Below, in pieces: positions 56,001 to 63,353 of a stretch of 64,000 bases of DNA (the stretch's first letter is position 1; the number at the start of each line of letters is the position of its first letter). A program made the position numbers and the translations under genes. The notes below the pieces were generated by a model, which was not told where the DNA came from, ran no database searches, and saw nothing but the letters and a program-made list of their open reading frames with translations. Source of the stretch: Mytilus trossulus (taxonomy: Eukaryota). The stretch spans positions 22,320,001 to 22,384,000 of the forward strand of contig NC_086374.1 of the NCBI RefSeq assembly GCF_036588685.1. The letters are read 5' to 3'.

Positions 56001-59000
56001 AAATAAATTGAGTAATACTGACGATGAAAGGTAACACTTAGTTCGTGCTTGGTGACCTAGTGGTCTAGAGCGCTAGACACAGTGCAGGCAGAGTTTTCTC
56101 GATATCCCAATACCATTATTTCGAATCCCGACGAGGGAAAAACATTGAGATTCTGATAATTAACGTAATAATATATATAAAATATATAAATATTTAAGAA
56201 TATAAATTAAACACTATAATAAATACATTAAAAAGTTTGATTAGATTTTAAAATTATAGACAAACTAGCTTCATCATGTGTATGCATCTCTCAAGGGTGA
56301 ATATATATGATAATCAAGTCTATAAGGGTACAACGTCACCAAAAATTCAAAATCATAATCAAATGACATTTTGAATATAAGTTTTAGCATAGCAATGTTA
56401 ATGTTGCAATAGTCTCTCATATATGTACTTGGTCACATTCTAAATAAAACATCATATCTGCAGAACTACAAAAATGGTTTGTAAAATATAGAAATACCTT
56501 CATTTCATAGGAGCATATTAAAAATAGGGTGGAAAGTTTCATGCATCCGAAGCACTTTTCAGAGTTAATCTTTATCATTCAAATAGTCAAAAGCCACTAA
56601 TATATTTTTACCGAAACATGTATGAAGTATTTGATCCAAAGGGACCAAAAGTAAAGTACAATTTTAGTAAAATTTGGATGAATGATGTGAAACCTTTATA
56701 ACTTTGTCAACACATGTCAAACGTGTGAATATAAAGGAGATTTTACCAGGTAATGTTTTGACATTTGTTGTTTTCATGTGTGTTGTTTGACGCCTAGTCG
56801 TCGCTGCCGTGGTACCACCAGCAGTTGTTACTGGTTCGGTTGTTCCCTCTGTTGATATTAATCCTGTTGTACCGAAACTTGTACTTTCTAAAATCAGATA
56901 TCATCGTTATAAATGATCAATACGTTATTGTTAAACTGGTTATCAATTATGAATTTTGTAACCTCAAGTAAATGAAAAGATGTTTTAGACATGACGTCAA
57001 TAACCTGTATACATCATTAATGTAAAATTTTCTTATGCAACTCTAAGTAAATGGTTGTGAGTAACGTGGTTACAGAAACTGCCTACCCTGCAGAAGAATC
57101 TTATGGATTTTTTTCTTGTTTTGTGTTGCATACTTTTTCTTTTCTTTGTCTTAGTTGTCCCTACGTCTTTTTCCGCTATGGAGTTGCATGTCTTTTCTCA
57201 TTTCTCATTAATGTCTCCCCCCATATTTCTCGACGTATCCGATGCCATTTTTAAAAGTCTTCTAGAAAATTGAATCTGTTGGCCATTTTAAGCTTTCAGT
57301 AACTCTCATATCGGTACTTAGTGTACTTTGTCTTTCTAATAATTATGTAAGTGCTTTATGATGCCCTAATTGGTAAATTTCCAAATTATTTCAGCAGTTT
57401 GATCCTATGTCGTGTTTTTACACCACTGTTCAAGGTTTTGATAAGGGTTGGGTCCTCACAGACATGTTCAACCCCGTCACATTCTGTATATGCCTGTCCC
57501 AAATAGAAAGCCTGTATTTCAGAGGTTGTAAGTCGTTACTGTCTGTCATAAGTGCTTTGCGTTTATTGTTTTGTAATAAAATCAGGCCATTATCATTTTA
57601 AATTTTCACATTTTGTCATGTCTGTGCCTTTTATAATTGAGTAAACGTTATGGGTTTTGCACACTTTTGAAGATCGTGCATGTGATATTGCATAAAAATT
57701 ATTAATTTTGGAGAAAAGTTTTCCATTACTGTCAAGTCAATAACTTTTACCTCTTCTGGTAGTTTTAGTAAACTCGACAGTTGTTTCTATTCCTGTTGAT
57801 GGTGTTCCACCTGTTGGTGTAGGTTCCGTTGGTGTAGTTGGACTAGTTTGTGTTGATGGGGATGGTGTTGTTTCGGAATATGTTATGACTCTTGTAGTTG
57901 TCTCAGTTTGTGGAATACTTGTTGTTGTTGGTGTAGTTGTACTAGTTGTTGTTGATGGGGATGGTGTTTCAGACTGAGTTATTACTCTTGTAGTTGTCTC
58001 AGTTTGTGGAATAGTTGTTGTTGTTGGTGTAGTTGTACGAGTTGTTGTTGATGGAGTTGGAGTTTCAGACTGAGTTATTACTCTTGTAGTTGTCTCAGTT
58101 TGTGGACTACTTGTTGTCGTTTGTACAGTTCCAGTAGCCCCTGTTGTTTTACCTCCAGCTGTTGTTATAGGTTCTGTTGGTGTATTTGGACTAGTTTGTG
58201 TTGATGGGGATGGTGTTTCAGACTGAGTTATTACTCTTGTAGTTGTCTCAGTTTGTGGAATACTTGTTGTTGTTGGTGCATTTGTACTAGTTGTTGTTGA
58301 TGGAGTTGGTGTTTCAGACTGAGTTATGACTCTAGTAGTTGTCTCAGTTTGTGGAATACTTGTTGTTGTTGGTGTAGTTGTACTAGTTGTTGTTGATGGA
58401 GTTGGAGTTTCAGACTGAGTTATTACTCTTGTAGTTGTCTCAGTTTGTGGACTACTTGTTGTCGTTTGTACAGTTCCAGTAGCCCCTGTTGTTTTACCTC
58501 CAGCTGTTGTTATAGGTTCTGTTGGTGTATTTGGACTAGTTTGTGTTGATAGGGATGGAGTTTCAGACTGAGTTATTACTCTTGTAGTTGTCTCAGTTTG
58601 TGGAATACTTGTTGTTGTTGGTGTAGTTGTACTAGTTGTTGTTGATTGAGTTGGAGTTTCAGACTGAGTTATTGCTCTTGTAGTTGTCTCAGTTTGTGGA
58701 CTACTTGTTGTCGTTTGTACAGTTCCAGTAGCCCCTGTTGTTTTACCTCCAGCTGTTGTTATAGGTTCTGTTGGTGTATTTGGACTAGTTTGTGTTGATG
58801 GGGATGGAGTTTCAGACTGAGTTATAACTCTAGTAGTTGTCTCAGTTTGTGGAATACTTGTTGTTGTTGGTGTACTTGTACTAGTTGTTGTTGATTGGGA
58901 TGGTGTTTCCGACTGAGTTATTACTCTTGTAGTTGTCTCAGTTTGTGGACTACTTGTTGTCGTTTGTACAGTTCCAGTAGCCCCTGTTGTTTTACCTCCA

Positions 59001-61347
59001 GCTGTTGTTATAGGTTCTGTTGGTGTATTTGGACTAGTTTGTGTTGATGGGGATGGAGTTTCAGACTGAGTTATGACTCTAGTAGTTGTCTCAGTTTGTG
59101 GAATACTTGTTGTTGTTGGTGTAGTTGTACTAGTTGTTGTTGATTGAGATGGTGTTTCCGACTGAGTTATTGCTCTTGTAGTTGTCTCAGTTTGTGGACT
59201 ACTTGTTGTCGTTTGTACAGTTCCAGTAGCCCCTGTTGTTTTACCTCCAGCTGTTGTTATAGGTTCTGTTGGTGTCGTTGGACTAGTTTGTGTTGATTGG
59301 GATGGTGTTGTTTCAGAATACGTTACAATTCTTGTTGTTGTCTTTGTTGTTGGAATACTTGTTGTTGTTTGTACAGTTCCAGTAGCTCCTGTTGTTACAC
59401 CTTCAGCTGTTGTTATAGGTTCTGTTAAGAAAAGAGGCAAATGATTAATTTCATATAATTATTGATGGTTATTTTGTGTTGCTTTTTATTAATTAATCGT
59501 TTCTTCTTATTCATGTCACAAAACGATACAATAATGCTATTTTGATTTTAAACTGATAAAAAATGAAAGCAGTGGTGAAGCACGAAAGCAGCAAACTCCG
59601 TGTTGATAGGAATTTTTTTTTCGTAAAATTATAACATGCTGATAATTAATTTTTAGAATGAAGGTATGTCAGTATGAGAATGTTGTGACATTTAAAATTT
59701 TTGTGAGGCTCTGGACAACAAACTCATTGGTGACATTTCCATTATTGTTTGTTTTAAATTGTATGCCAAAGAAAGAACACTGATCCAAGATATGTACATT
59801 GGAGCTTGCTGTTTCCTTGTCTACACATGATCTGACAATATGTTAAATAAAATGATATGATGACAATACGCATAGCATTGATATGATGAAATATAAATAA
59901 TCCATGAGACAAGATAATGAATATATACAGTAATGAATACGATAGTGAACATACAAGTATGAGTATGTTGTTGTTTTCATTTTTCTTTGTAAGGCTCTGG
60001 ACAACATACTCAATAGCTGCAGTTCCATGATTAAAAATGAATAAACATTAATTAGTACCCCAAAACAGGTAAAATAATACGTACCATCCTGAGGCAGCAT
60101 GAAGTTCAATGTTAATGTTACAGACATGCAAGGCATAAATTACTATACATACCTTCTTGACCTGAAAGTAATAGAATTAAGAGTATGTTTACCTGTTTAT
60201 ACATACCCGGGAATCCATCTGTGTTAACACCATTCATGTAGGAATTCCTAAACATAAATTTCGTTCTATCAAAAGTGTACCTGTCAAAAAATTAGAACAT
60301 GTTTATGTCATTAACTATACTTACCTTGCTACTTACCATTTCGTGTAACGTTCTTCGTTGGGCCACTGTAAGCCATAGTAAATCCTTTGCGACCATTTGA
60401 CATTATGTTCTTCACAAAGCCATGGTAAGCCATAATGGGCCATTTGCGATCACATAATTTCCTTTGCTGTTCCATGGTTAACCAAAGGCACATCTGACAG
60501 TCGTTCTCTTTCGTCTTACTTCTAATCTCAAAACAATAAAGATTGAACATACAAACGTGAAAATTTTAGACTATCATAAAATTATACCATACATACTTAC
60601 CTAGTACCACGCCATTTCCATCGGTCATAGATGTTACAGTAATGATCCGCTGGTAAGCTTCTTCTACAAGTGAAATGACAATGTTATTTGTTATCAGATA
60701 ATAGCACAGTTAGCACACAATTTCCATTGCGGCAGGCCATGGGTAATTTAACATTTGCATATATATTTTATCTTAGGCTCTCAACGTGTATGTATCGTTA
60801 ATGATTTCCATTGGTTTTAATAGTGGTATGTATACAAAAGCATATACCAATGACAATGAGGCCGTTGTTGCTTCTGTTAAAGGATTTTCATTCTTCTACT
60901 TGTAAATTACTTATACAAGTTCGATAATGCCAATAGTATTACTCTCTATCTAATCTCGATTGTTTCATTATAATTTTTCAATTGTTGGAGAAGAGAAATA
61001 CCGTATCACTTTTGATGCTGGGTAGAATCTGAATAAAATCCCCTAATTTTGTAGTTATCTTCTTTCCATAGCCTTACATTACGAGAACATGAATCTATAT
61101 CAAAATAAAACAACATAATGAGATAGTGATGTGCATTCTCGATGAAATTGTTATAAATTATTTCTTTTCCATTCGGTTTTGTTTAGACTGACACGATTGT
61201 ACTTTGTTTCAAAGTTCATCGGAAGACACCAAGACCTTGTTGATAAATATTCCGTATCAACTTCACAATAATACACGATGGTCTTGAAGTATAAATTATA
61301 GGTACTGTCTTTTATTTATCTTTGTGAATATTACTAATACTGTTTAA

Positions 61348-61381
<34 letters not shown>

Positions 61382-63353
61382 TGTGGTATGATTGCCAATG
61401 AGACAACTATCCACAAAAGACCAAAATGACACACACATTAACAACTATAGGTCACCGTACGGCCTTCAACAATTAGCAAAGCCCATACCGCATAGTCAAC
61501 TACGTCTATTTTTGGTAATATTCATTTGACGTGGCTCGGTACTAATACATCCCTTTATTGTGTTATTGTGGTAGAGTATTATTGTCTTTTATCTTTGCTA
61601 ATGTTCTTTGCCTTTATGTCTTTTTGTGTTATGTTTGTTTGCTTTGTTCGCACATCGTTGTCAATATAACGGAATTGTATGTGTCTGTCATACAAGAGAG
61701 AGGTTTGTCTAGCTAAAAAAAAACAGGTTTATACCACTATTTTCTACATAAGAAAATGCCTGTACCAAGTCAAGAATATTTCAGCTGATGTGTTAGAGCT
61801 TTTGATTTTGTCATTTGATTAGAGACTTTACGTTTTAAATTTTCATCGGAGTTCGGTTTTGTTTAATTTTACTTTTTACTCATACATCTGTCTTTTACAA
61901 ATAAACAATTGTGTTCATTAAATTACCAATGATAGGAATTGAAAACGTACAAGAACAAATTAATATGGCATATATATATAATTTTTTTTATGCAAAATAT
62001 GTCTCAGATTTATTCTCAATGGTAAGTAATGAAGAGGTACTATTTTATGTATTCTGATCAATAAGTACTCACAATAGTTTAGGAAAAACAAATTATAGAC
62101 ATTGACAAACGTGAAATATTAATATTCTTAACCAAACCAAGAAAAACAACTTCCGTACGTTTTGTTTATTCCAATGTTTCGTCATTTTTGGAAAAGTTTA
62201 ATAAATATAATGTAAACAAGTATTTCAACGTGATCAAACTATAAATATATTTTTCGTTGGTGTGTCTTGGTTAAATTCGAAATAACAATATGTTCACGAA
62301 GTATTTTTCAATGAAAAACATCTCTGCATGTTTTCAAAATAATATATATTTTCAAAATTAAAAGGAAGAACGGGGAAATCATGTTTCTATAACTTTCAAT
62401 TGAAATACATCGGAACAAATGTGTTGCGATATTAACTGTATTTTAAATGTAGTACACGCACAAAAAAAATATATCTTAAAACGTGTTTCTGCTGTATATT
62501 TGAGGTACATGTTTGGTAATAGAGTAACATGAGGAATTCCTCAATATTGAGAGAAAAAATAATGAAAAAGTCAAAAGCGAACATCCTTATAAACTCCAAT
62601 AAATATTTATATATATGTTTTACATTTCTTGCTTTAAAACACAATGGCCGTTAATCAAAATTATATCAATCCTGAAATGCTTGACAAAGAACATTTCATG
62701 ATAAGACATTTTCTAGGAATGAGAATCCGTTTGTTAAAAAAATGCACACACTTGTGTAAAATACCTTGCATAATTGCGCAACAACAAAAAATAGTATGCG
62801 TCATTCTAGGATAGAATTGTTGCGTTTTTTCTCAGATTTTACACTTATCAATTAAATAGGATGTCGTTATTCTAACTGTATTTCAAATGGTTGTTTTCTA
62901 TGATTTAAGTGACTGTCAGATTATGAATATACTGGTCTTTGTGTCTTTGATGAATTTCTAACAGAAAAATATTTATTGTATTTGTTGATTGATTTTTGAA
63001 GTTACATTTATTTTAATTGTGCAAGATTTGTAATTTATCAAGTAGTTACTTTTTGATAAATAATATCTCTATTATTTAAATTCTAATATTTGTATCCTAC
63101 ACTTTAAAATCAGTAACAACTACAGTTTTCTTTATTCAAAAATACAGGTTAAAACATTATTCTAAAATAAATTTGAAAAATAATCATTTAGTAGCACATT
63201 GAAAGGGGGAATGTTAAGACGATTATATAAATTCAGGTTGGTAAATAATTAGACAAATAAAATAAAGCGCAATGAATACATTTGTTCTATTCTGATACAA
63301 TAATATAAGCTAACTTACATATTTCTCCAGACCATGATATTAGGGAACCACGG
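712..63353 (-). CDS. Giant multi-exon mucin-like glycoprotein gene, partial at both ends (68 exons, ~5,959 aa in window): PTS segments alternating with 20 two-Cys discoidin/F5-8C-like domains
   Basis: Exons read manually with AG/GT boundaries. Phases chain without conflict and the summed length (17,877 nt) is divisible by 3. No start or stop codon identified in the window. Confidence 0.85.
1486..1545 (-). CDS. 20-aa Thr linker exon (EITTVILPTTSTTTLVPTTT)
   Basis: 60 bp, phase 1-1. Confidence 0.8.
2195..2345 (-). CDS. Type III domain exon b, copy 3
   Basis: 151 bp, phase 0-1. Confidence 0.85.
2845..3107 (-). CDS. Type III domain exon a, copy 3
   Basis: 263 bp, phase 1-0. Confidence 0.85.
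3525..3808. mobile_element. Inverted copy of the 5555-5957 repeat family
   Basis: Reverse-complement similarity to 5555-5835. Confidence 0.65.
3959..4018 (-). CDS. 20-aa Thr linker exon (EITTVIMPSTSTTTLVPTTT)
   Basis: 60 bp, phase 1-1. Confidence 0.8.
4680..5045. mobile_element. Non-autonomous element with long palindrome
   Basis: Inverted arms at ~4685-4745 and ~4772-4833; absent from the paralogous intron near 12390. Confidence 0.65.
5220..5370 (-). CDS. Type II domain exon b, copy 4
   Basis: 151 bp, phase 0-1. Confidence 0.85.
5555..5957. mobile_element. Interspersed repeat family beginning AAGATGTGGTATGATTGCCAATGAGACAAC (other copies at ~3525-3808, ~34620-35165, ~57400-57700, 61378-61501)
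   Basis: Several diverged copies in both orientations in the window; absent from the paralogous intron near 12905. Confidence 0.7.
6250..7507. mobile_element. Composite ~1.25-kb insertion with palindromic segments (6310-6430, 7430-7502)
   Basis: Absent from the paralogous intron near 13170; TATTACA at both ends. Confidence 0.55.
7549..7811 (-). CDS. Type II domain exon a, copy 4
   Basis: 263 bp, phase 1-0. Confidence 0.85.
8195..8238 (-). ncRNA. Degenerate hammerhead motif within repeat 8160-8320
   Basis: CUGAUGA-GGCUuuuguAGAC-GAAAC-GUGC-GUC; stems I and II disrupted. Confidence 0.4.
8846..8905 (-). CDS. 20-aa Thr linker exon (EITTVVTSTTSSTTLLSTTT)
   Basis: 60 bp, phase 1-1. Confidence 0.8.
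9628..9960. mobile_element. Interspersed repeat beginning AATAAAGGCAACAGTAGTATA (related copy at ~4210-4417)
   Basis: Absent from the paralogous intron near 15075; two similar copies in the window. Confidence 0.6.
10215..10365 (-). CDS. Type III domain exon b, copy 2
   Basis: 151 bp, phase 0-1. Confidence 0.85.
11235..11497 (-). CDS. Type III domain exon a, copy 2
   Basis: 263 bp, phase 1-0. Confidence 0.85.
11894..11953 (-). CDS. 20-aa Thr linker exon (EITTVILPSTSTTTLVPTTT)
   Basis: 60 bp, phase 1-1. Confidence 0.8.
12567..12717 (-). CDS. Type II domain exon b, copy 3
   Basis: 151 bp, phase 0-1. Confidence 0.85.
13216..13478 (-). CDS. Type II domain exon a, copy 3
   Basis: 263 bp, phase 1-0. 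Confidence 0.85.
14333..14392 (-). CDS. 20-aa Thr linker exon (EVTTVVTSITAATTLLSTTT)
   Basis: 60 bp, phase 1-1. Confidence 0.8.
15338..15488 (-). CDS. Type III domain exon b (VQPDDPT...KICRK), copy 1
   Basis: 151 bp, phase 0-1. Confidence 0.85.
16368..16630 (-). CDS. Type III domain exon a (AIMECPVDTVSEP...), copy 1
   Basis: 263 bp, phase 1-0. Confidence 0.85.
17336..17422 (-). CDS. 29-aa Thr linker exon
   Basis: 87 bp, phase 1-1. Confidence 0.8.
18345..18495 (-). CDS. Type II domain exon b, copy 2
   Basis: 151 bp, phase 0-1. Confidence 0.85.
19317..19579 (-). CDS. Type II domain exon a, copy 2
   Basis: 263 bp, phase 1-0. Confidence 0.85.
20180..20239 (-). CDS. 20-aa Thr linker exon (EITTVISTTPGSTTLVSTTT)
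   Basis: 60 bp, phase 1-1. Confidence 0.8.
20923..21073 (-). CDS. Type II domain exon b (ENPTST...EACIHPK), copy 1
   Basis: 151 bp, phase 0-1. Confidence 0.85.
21558..21820 (-). CDS. Type II domain exon a (ECMKTTLDEL...), copy 1
   Basis: 263 bp, phase 1-0. Confidence 0.85.
22353..22412 (-). CDS. 20-aa Thr linker exon (EPTTQIITSPKTTTVVSTTT)
   Basis: 60 bp, phase 1-1. Confidence 0.8.
23359..23466 (-). CDS. PTS exon (VTMTQHKTTAVGPTSSPTTHIDPVTMTPFPPLPTTK)
   Basis: 108 bp, cgcag| ... |gttaga, phase 1-1. Confidence 0.7.
24049..24092 (-). ncRNA. Minimal type-I hammerhead ribozyme motif within repeat 24013-24133
   Basis: GCGUAA-CUGAUGA-GUCcuauguaGAC-GAAA-U-GCGC-GUC^UGGCGU; core intact, one stem-I mismatch. 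Confidence 0.6.
24829..25002 (-). CDS. 58-aa Thr-rich linker exon (shorter paralog)
   Basis: 174 bp, phase 1-1. Confidence 0.85.
25365..25500 (-). CDS. Type I domain exon b, copy 12
   Basis: 136 bp, phase 0-1. Confidence 0.85.
25675..25940 (-). CDS. Type I domain exon a, copy 12
   Basis: 266 bp, phase 1-0. Confidence 0.85.
26439..26657 (-). CDS. 73-aa Thr-rich linker exon, copy 11
   Basis: 219 bp, phase 1-1. Confidence 0.85.
27027..27162 (-). CDS. Type I domain exon b, copy 11
   Basis: 136 bp, phase 0-1. Confidence 0.85.
27287..27612. mobile_element. Non-autonomous element with long subterminal palindrome (Crypton-like or HINE-like; class uncertain)
   Basis: Absent from the paralogous intron near 25625; ~60-bp inverted arms at 27470-27531 and 27549-27610; no TSD. 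Confidence 0.75.
27676..27941 (-). CDS. Type I domain exon a, copy 11
   Basis: 266 bp, donor gtgagt. Confidence 0.85.
28412..32893 (-). CDS. Giant mucin VNTR exon (1,494 aa; TQPSVSTSAA / TTTSVSTSAA decapeptide), phase 1-1
   Basis: ORF 28389-32879; ttttcag|CA ACA CAA ... ACA G|gtaagg; 4482 bp. Confidence 0.9.
28553..32893. repeat. Coding minisatellite, 30-bp unit (CTTGGTTGTGTAGCAGCAGATGTACTCACA), ~145 copies
   Basis: The 30-bp register holds over 72 consecutive 60-bp lines with no indels. Confidence 0.98.
33067..33219 (-). CDS. PTS exon (ATTTIAATTPLTSK...ETS), phase 1-1
   Basis: 153 bp, aatag| ... |gtaact. Confidence 0.8.
33835..33970 (-). CDS. Type I domain exon b, divergent copy 10 (VFEFDSPVDLKGVSG...IKACFEPS)
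   Basis: 136 bp, tttcag| ... |gtaagt. Confidence 0.85.
35464..35505 (+). ncRNA. Minimal type-I hammerhead ribozyme motif (Penelope/retrozyme-type)
   Basis: GCGUUC-CUGAUGA-aGGuaaauCCa-GAAA-A-GCGC-UUC^GGACGC: intact core, 6-bp stem I, palindromic loop III. Confidence 0.65.
36121..36386 (-). CDS. Type I domain exon a, divergent copy 10 (ECAKVMLDGSQPTD...)
   Basis: 266 bp, phase 1-0. Confidence 0.85.
36897..37115 (-). CDS. 73-aa Thr-rich linker exon, copy 10
   Basis: 219 bp, phase 1-1. Confidence 0.85.
37388..37955. mobile_element. Non-autonomous element with long subterminal palindrome
   Basis: Absent from sister introns; inverted arms at ~37807-37858 and ~37886-37947 around a GCCTGCGGCTC-containing loop. 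Confidence 0.7.
38059..38194 (-). CDS. Type I domain exon b, copy 9
   Basis: 136 bp, phase 0-1. Confidence 0.85.
38361..38626 (-). CDS. Type I domain exon a, copy 9
   Basis: 266 bp, phase 1-0. Confidence 0.85.
39252..40213. mobile_element. ~960-bp interspersed repeat insertion
   Basis: Interrupts CAATAATAAAAAGCTTGC, which is intact in sister units; its start resembles the reverse complement of 9395-9490 and 61790-61875. Confidence 0.7.
40349..40567 (-). CDS. 73-aa Thr-rich linker exon, copy 9
   Basis: 219 bp, phase 1-1. Confidence 0.85.
40933..41068 (-). CDS. Type I domain exon b, copy 8
   Basis: 136 bp, phase 0-1. Confidence 0.85.
41239..41504 (-). CDS. Type I domain exon a, copy 8
   Basis: 266 bp, TAG acceptor. 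Confidence 0.85.
42012..42230 (-). CDS. 73-aa Thr-rich linker exon, copy 8
   Basis: 219 bp; variant weak donor GTCATT. Confidence 0.75.
42604..42739 (-). CDS. Type I domain exon b, copy 7
   Basis: 136 bp, phase 0-1. Confidence 0.85.
42910..43175 (-). CDS. Type I domain exon a, copy 7
   Basis: 266 bp, phase 1-0. Confidence 0.85.
43683..43901 (-). CDS. 73-aa Thr-rich linker exon, copy 7
   Basis: 219 bp, phase 1-1. Confidence 0.85.
44276..44411 (-). CDS. Type I domain exon b, copy 6
   Basis: 136 bp, phase 0-1. Confidence 0.85.
44582..44847 (-). CDS. Type I domain exon a, copy 6
   Basis: 266 bp, TAG acceptor. Confidence 0.85.
45355..45573 (-). CDS. 73-aa Thr-rich linker exon, copy 6
   Basis: 219 bp, phase 1-1. 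Confidence 0.85.
45948..46083 (-). CDS. Type I domain exon b, copy 5
   Basis: 136 bp, phase 0-1. Confidence 0.85.
46254..46519 (-). CDS. Type I domain exon a, copy 5
   Basis: 266 bp, phase 1-0. Confidence 0.85.
47022..47240 (-). CDS. 73-aa Thr-rich linker exon, copy 5
   Basis: 219 bp, phase 1-1. Confidence 0.85.
47615..47750 (-). CDS. Type I domain exon b, copy 4
   Basis: 136 bp, phase 0-1. Confidence 0.85.
47920..48185 (-). CDS. Type I domain exon a, copy 4
   Basis: 266 bp, phase 1-0. Confidence 0.85.
48693..48911 (-). CDS. 73-aa Thr-rich linker exon, copy 4
   Basis: 219 bp; variant AAG acceptor. Confidence 0.8.
49284..49419 (-). CDS. Type I domain exon b, copy 3
   Basis: 136 bp, phase 0-1. 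Confidence 0.85.
49590..49855 (-). CDS. Type I domain exon a, copy 3
   Basis: 266 bp, phase 1-0. Confidence 0.85.
49950..50005. repeat. (AT)28 microsatellite
   Basis: Direct read; shorter (AT)n tracts lie at the paralogous site in the other units. Confidence 0.95.
50095..50647. mobile_element. Non-autonomous DNA transposon (MITE) with TTAA target duplication, Kolobok-like
   Basis: TTAA at 50091-94 and 50648-51. Empty site CAATTAAAAGAATA in sister units. Imperfect TIR GGGGGCTCCTGGGTATAAA vs TGTGGCTCGTGGGTACAAA (15/19). Confidence 0.85.
50958..51176 (-). CDS. 73-aa Thr-rich linker exon, copy 3
   Basis: 219 bp, phase 1-1. Confidence 0.85.
51550..51685 (-). CDS. Type I domain exon b, copy 2
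   Basis: 136 bp, phase 0-1. Confidence 0.85.
51855..52120 (-). CDS. Type I domain exon a, copy 2
   Basis: 266 bp, phase 1-0. Confidence 0.85.
52619..52837 (-). CDS. 73-aa Thr-rich linker exon, copy 2
   Basis: 219 bp, phase 1-1. Confidence 0.85.
53209..53344 (-). CDS. Type I domain exon b (VDNFDSP...IKACFEEI), copy 1
   Basis: 136 bp, phase 0-1. Confidence 0.85.
53515..53780 (-). CDS. Type I domain exon a (ECVKVMLDG...IDRIP), copy 1
   Basis: 266 bp, phase 1-0, ttacag| ... |gtaagt. Confidence 0.85.
54281..54499 (-). CDS. 73-aa Thr-rich linker exon, copy 1
   Basis: 219 bp, AG/GT, phase 1-1. Confidence 0.85.
55114..55188 (-). CDS. PTS exon (ETTTKPMKTTHTIPRSTTTPSSTTS), phase 1-1
   Basis: tttacag| ... 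|gtatgc, 75 bp. Confidence 0.8.
56045..56142 (+). mobile_element. Possible degenerate tRNA-derived SINE head
   Basis: A-box-like TGACCTAGTGG (56053) and B-box-like TTTCGAATCC (56119), one mismatch each; no cloverleaf. Confidence 0.4.
56747..56887 (-). CDS. PTS exon (ESTSFGTTGLISTEGTTEPVTTAGG...), phase 1-1
   Basis: ttttag| ... |gtaaaa, 141 bp, Thr-rich. Confidence 0.8.
57751..59421 (-). CDS. Large PTS exon (557 aa) with 83-aa and 32-aa repeats, phase 1-1
   Basis: ORF 57737-59440; taacag|AA CCT ... AGA G|gtaaaa; 1671 bp. Confidence 0.9.
57830..59400. repeat. Coding tandem repeat, 249-bp unit with 96-bp subunit
   Basis: Landmark CCCCTGTTGTTTTACC at 58138, 58483, 58732, 58981 and 59230. Confidence 0.9.
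60207..60280 (-). CDS. Candidate exon (RYTFDRTKFMFRNSYMNGVNTDGFP), phase 2-1
   Basis: tttgacag| ... |gtatgt, 74 bp; phase-1 end fits the next PTS exon. Confidence 0.55.
60601..60663 (-). CDS. Candidate exon (RSLPADHYCNIYDRWKWRGT), phase 2-2
   Basis: ttgtag| ... |gtaagt, 63 bp; joins in frame to both neighbours. Confidence 0.55.
61351..61875. mobile_element. Poly-A tract followed by fragments of two interspersed repeat families
   Basis: A-run 61351-61379, then similarity to 5555-5680 and reverse similarity to 39252-39450 and ~40040. Confidence 0.55.
63319..63353 (-). CDS. Candidate exon (PWFPNIMVWRN), phase 0-2
   Basis: tacag| ... |gtaagt; phase matches the exon at 60601-60663. Confidence 0.5.

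Noticed and set aside
56045-56142. tRNA gene
   Set aside because: A and B boxes are mismatched and no cloverleaf forms; at most a SINE head
60153-60161. Possible 9-bp phase-1 microexon (GQE)
   Set aside because: It would need a 45-bp upstream intron and cannot be supported without RNA data
60329-60550. 73-aa minus-strand ORF ending near two GTAAGT donors
   Set aside because: No clear acceptor, the downstream intron would be only 44-56 bp, and it is not needed for frame continuity
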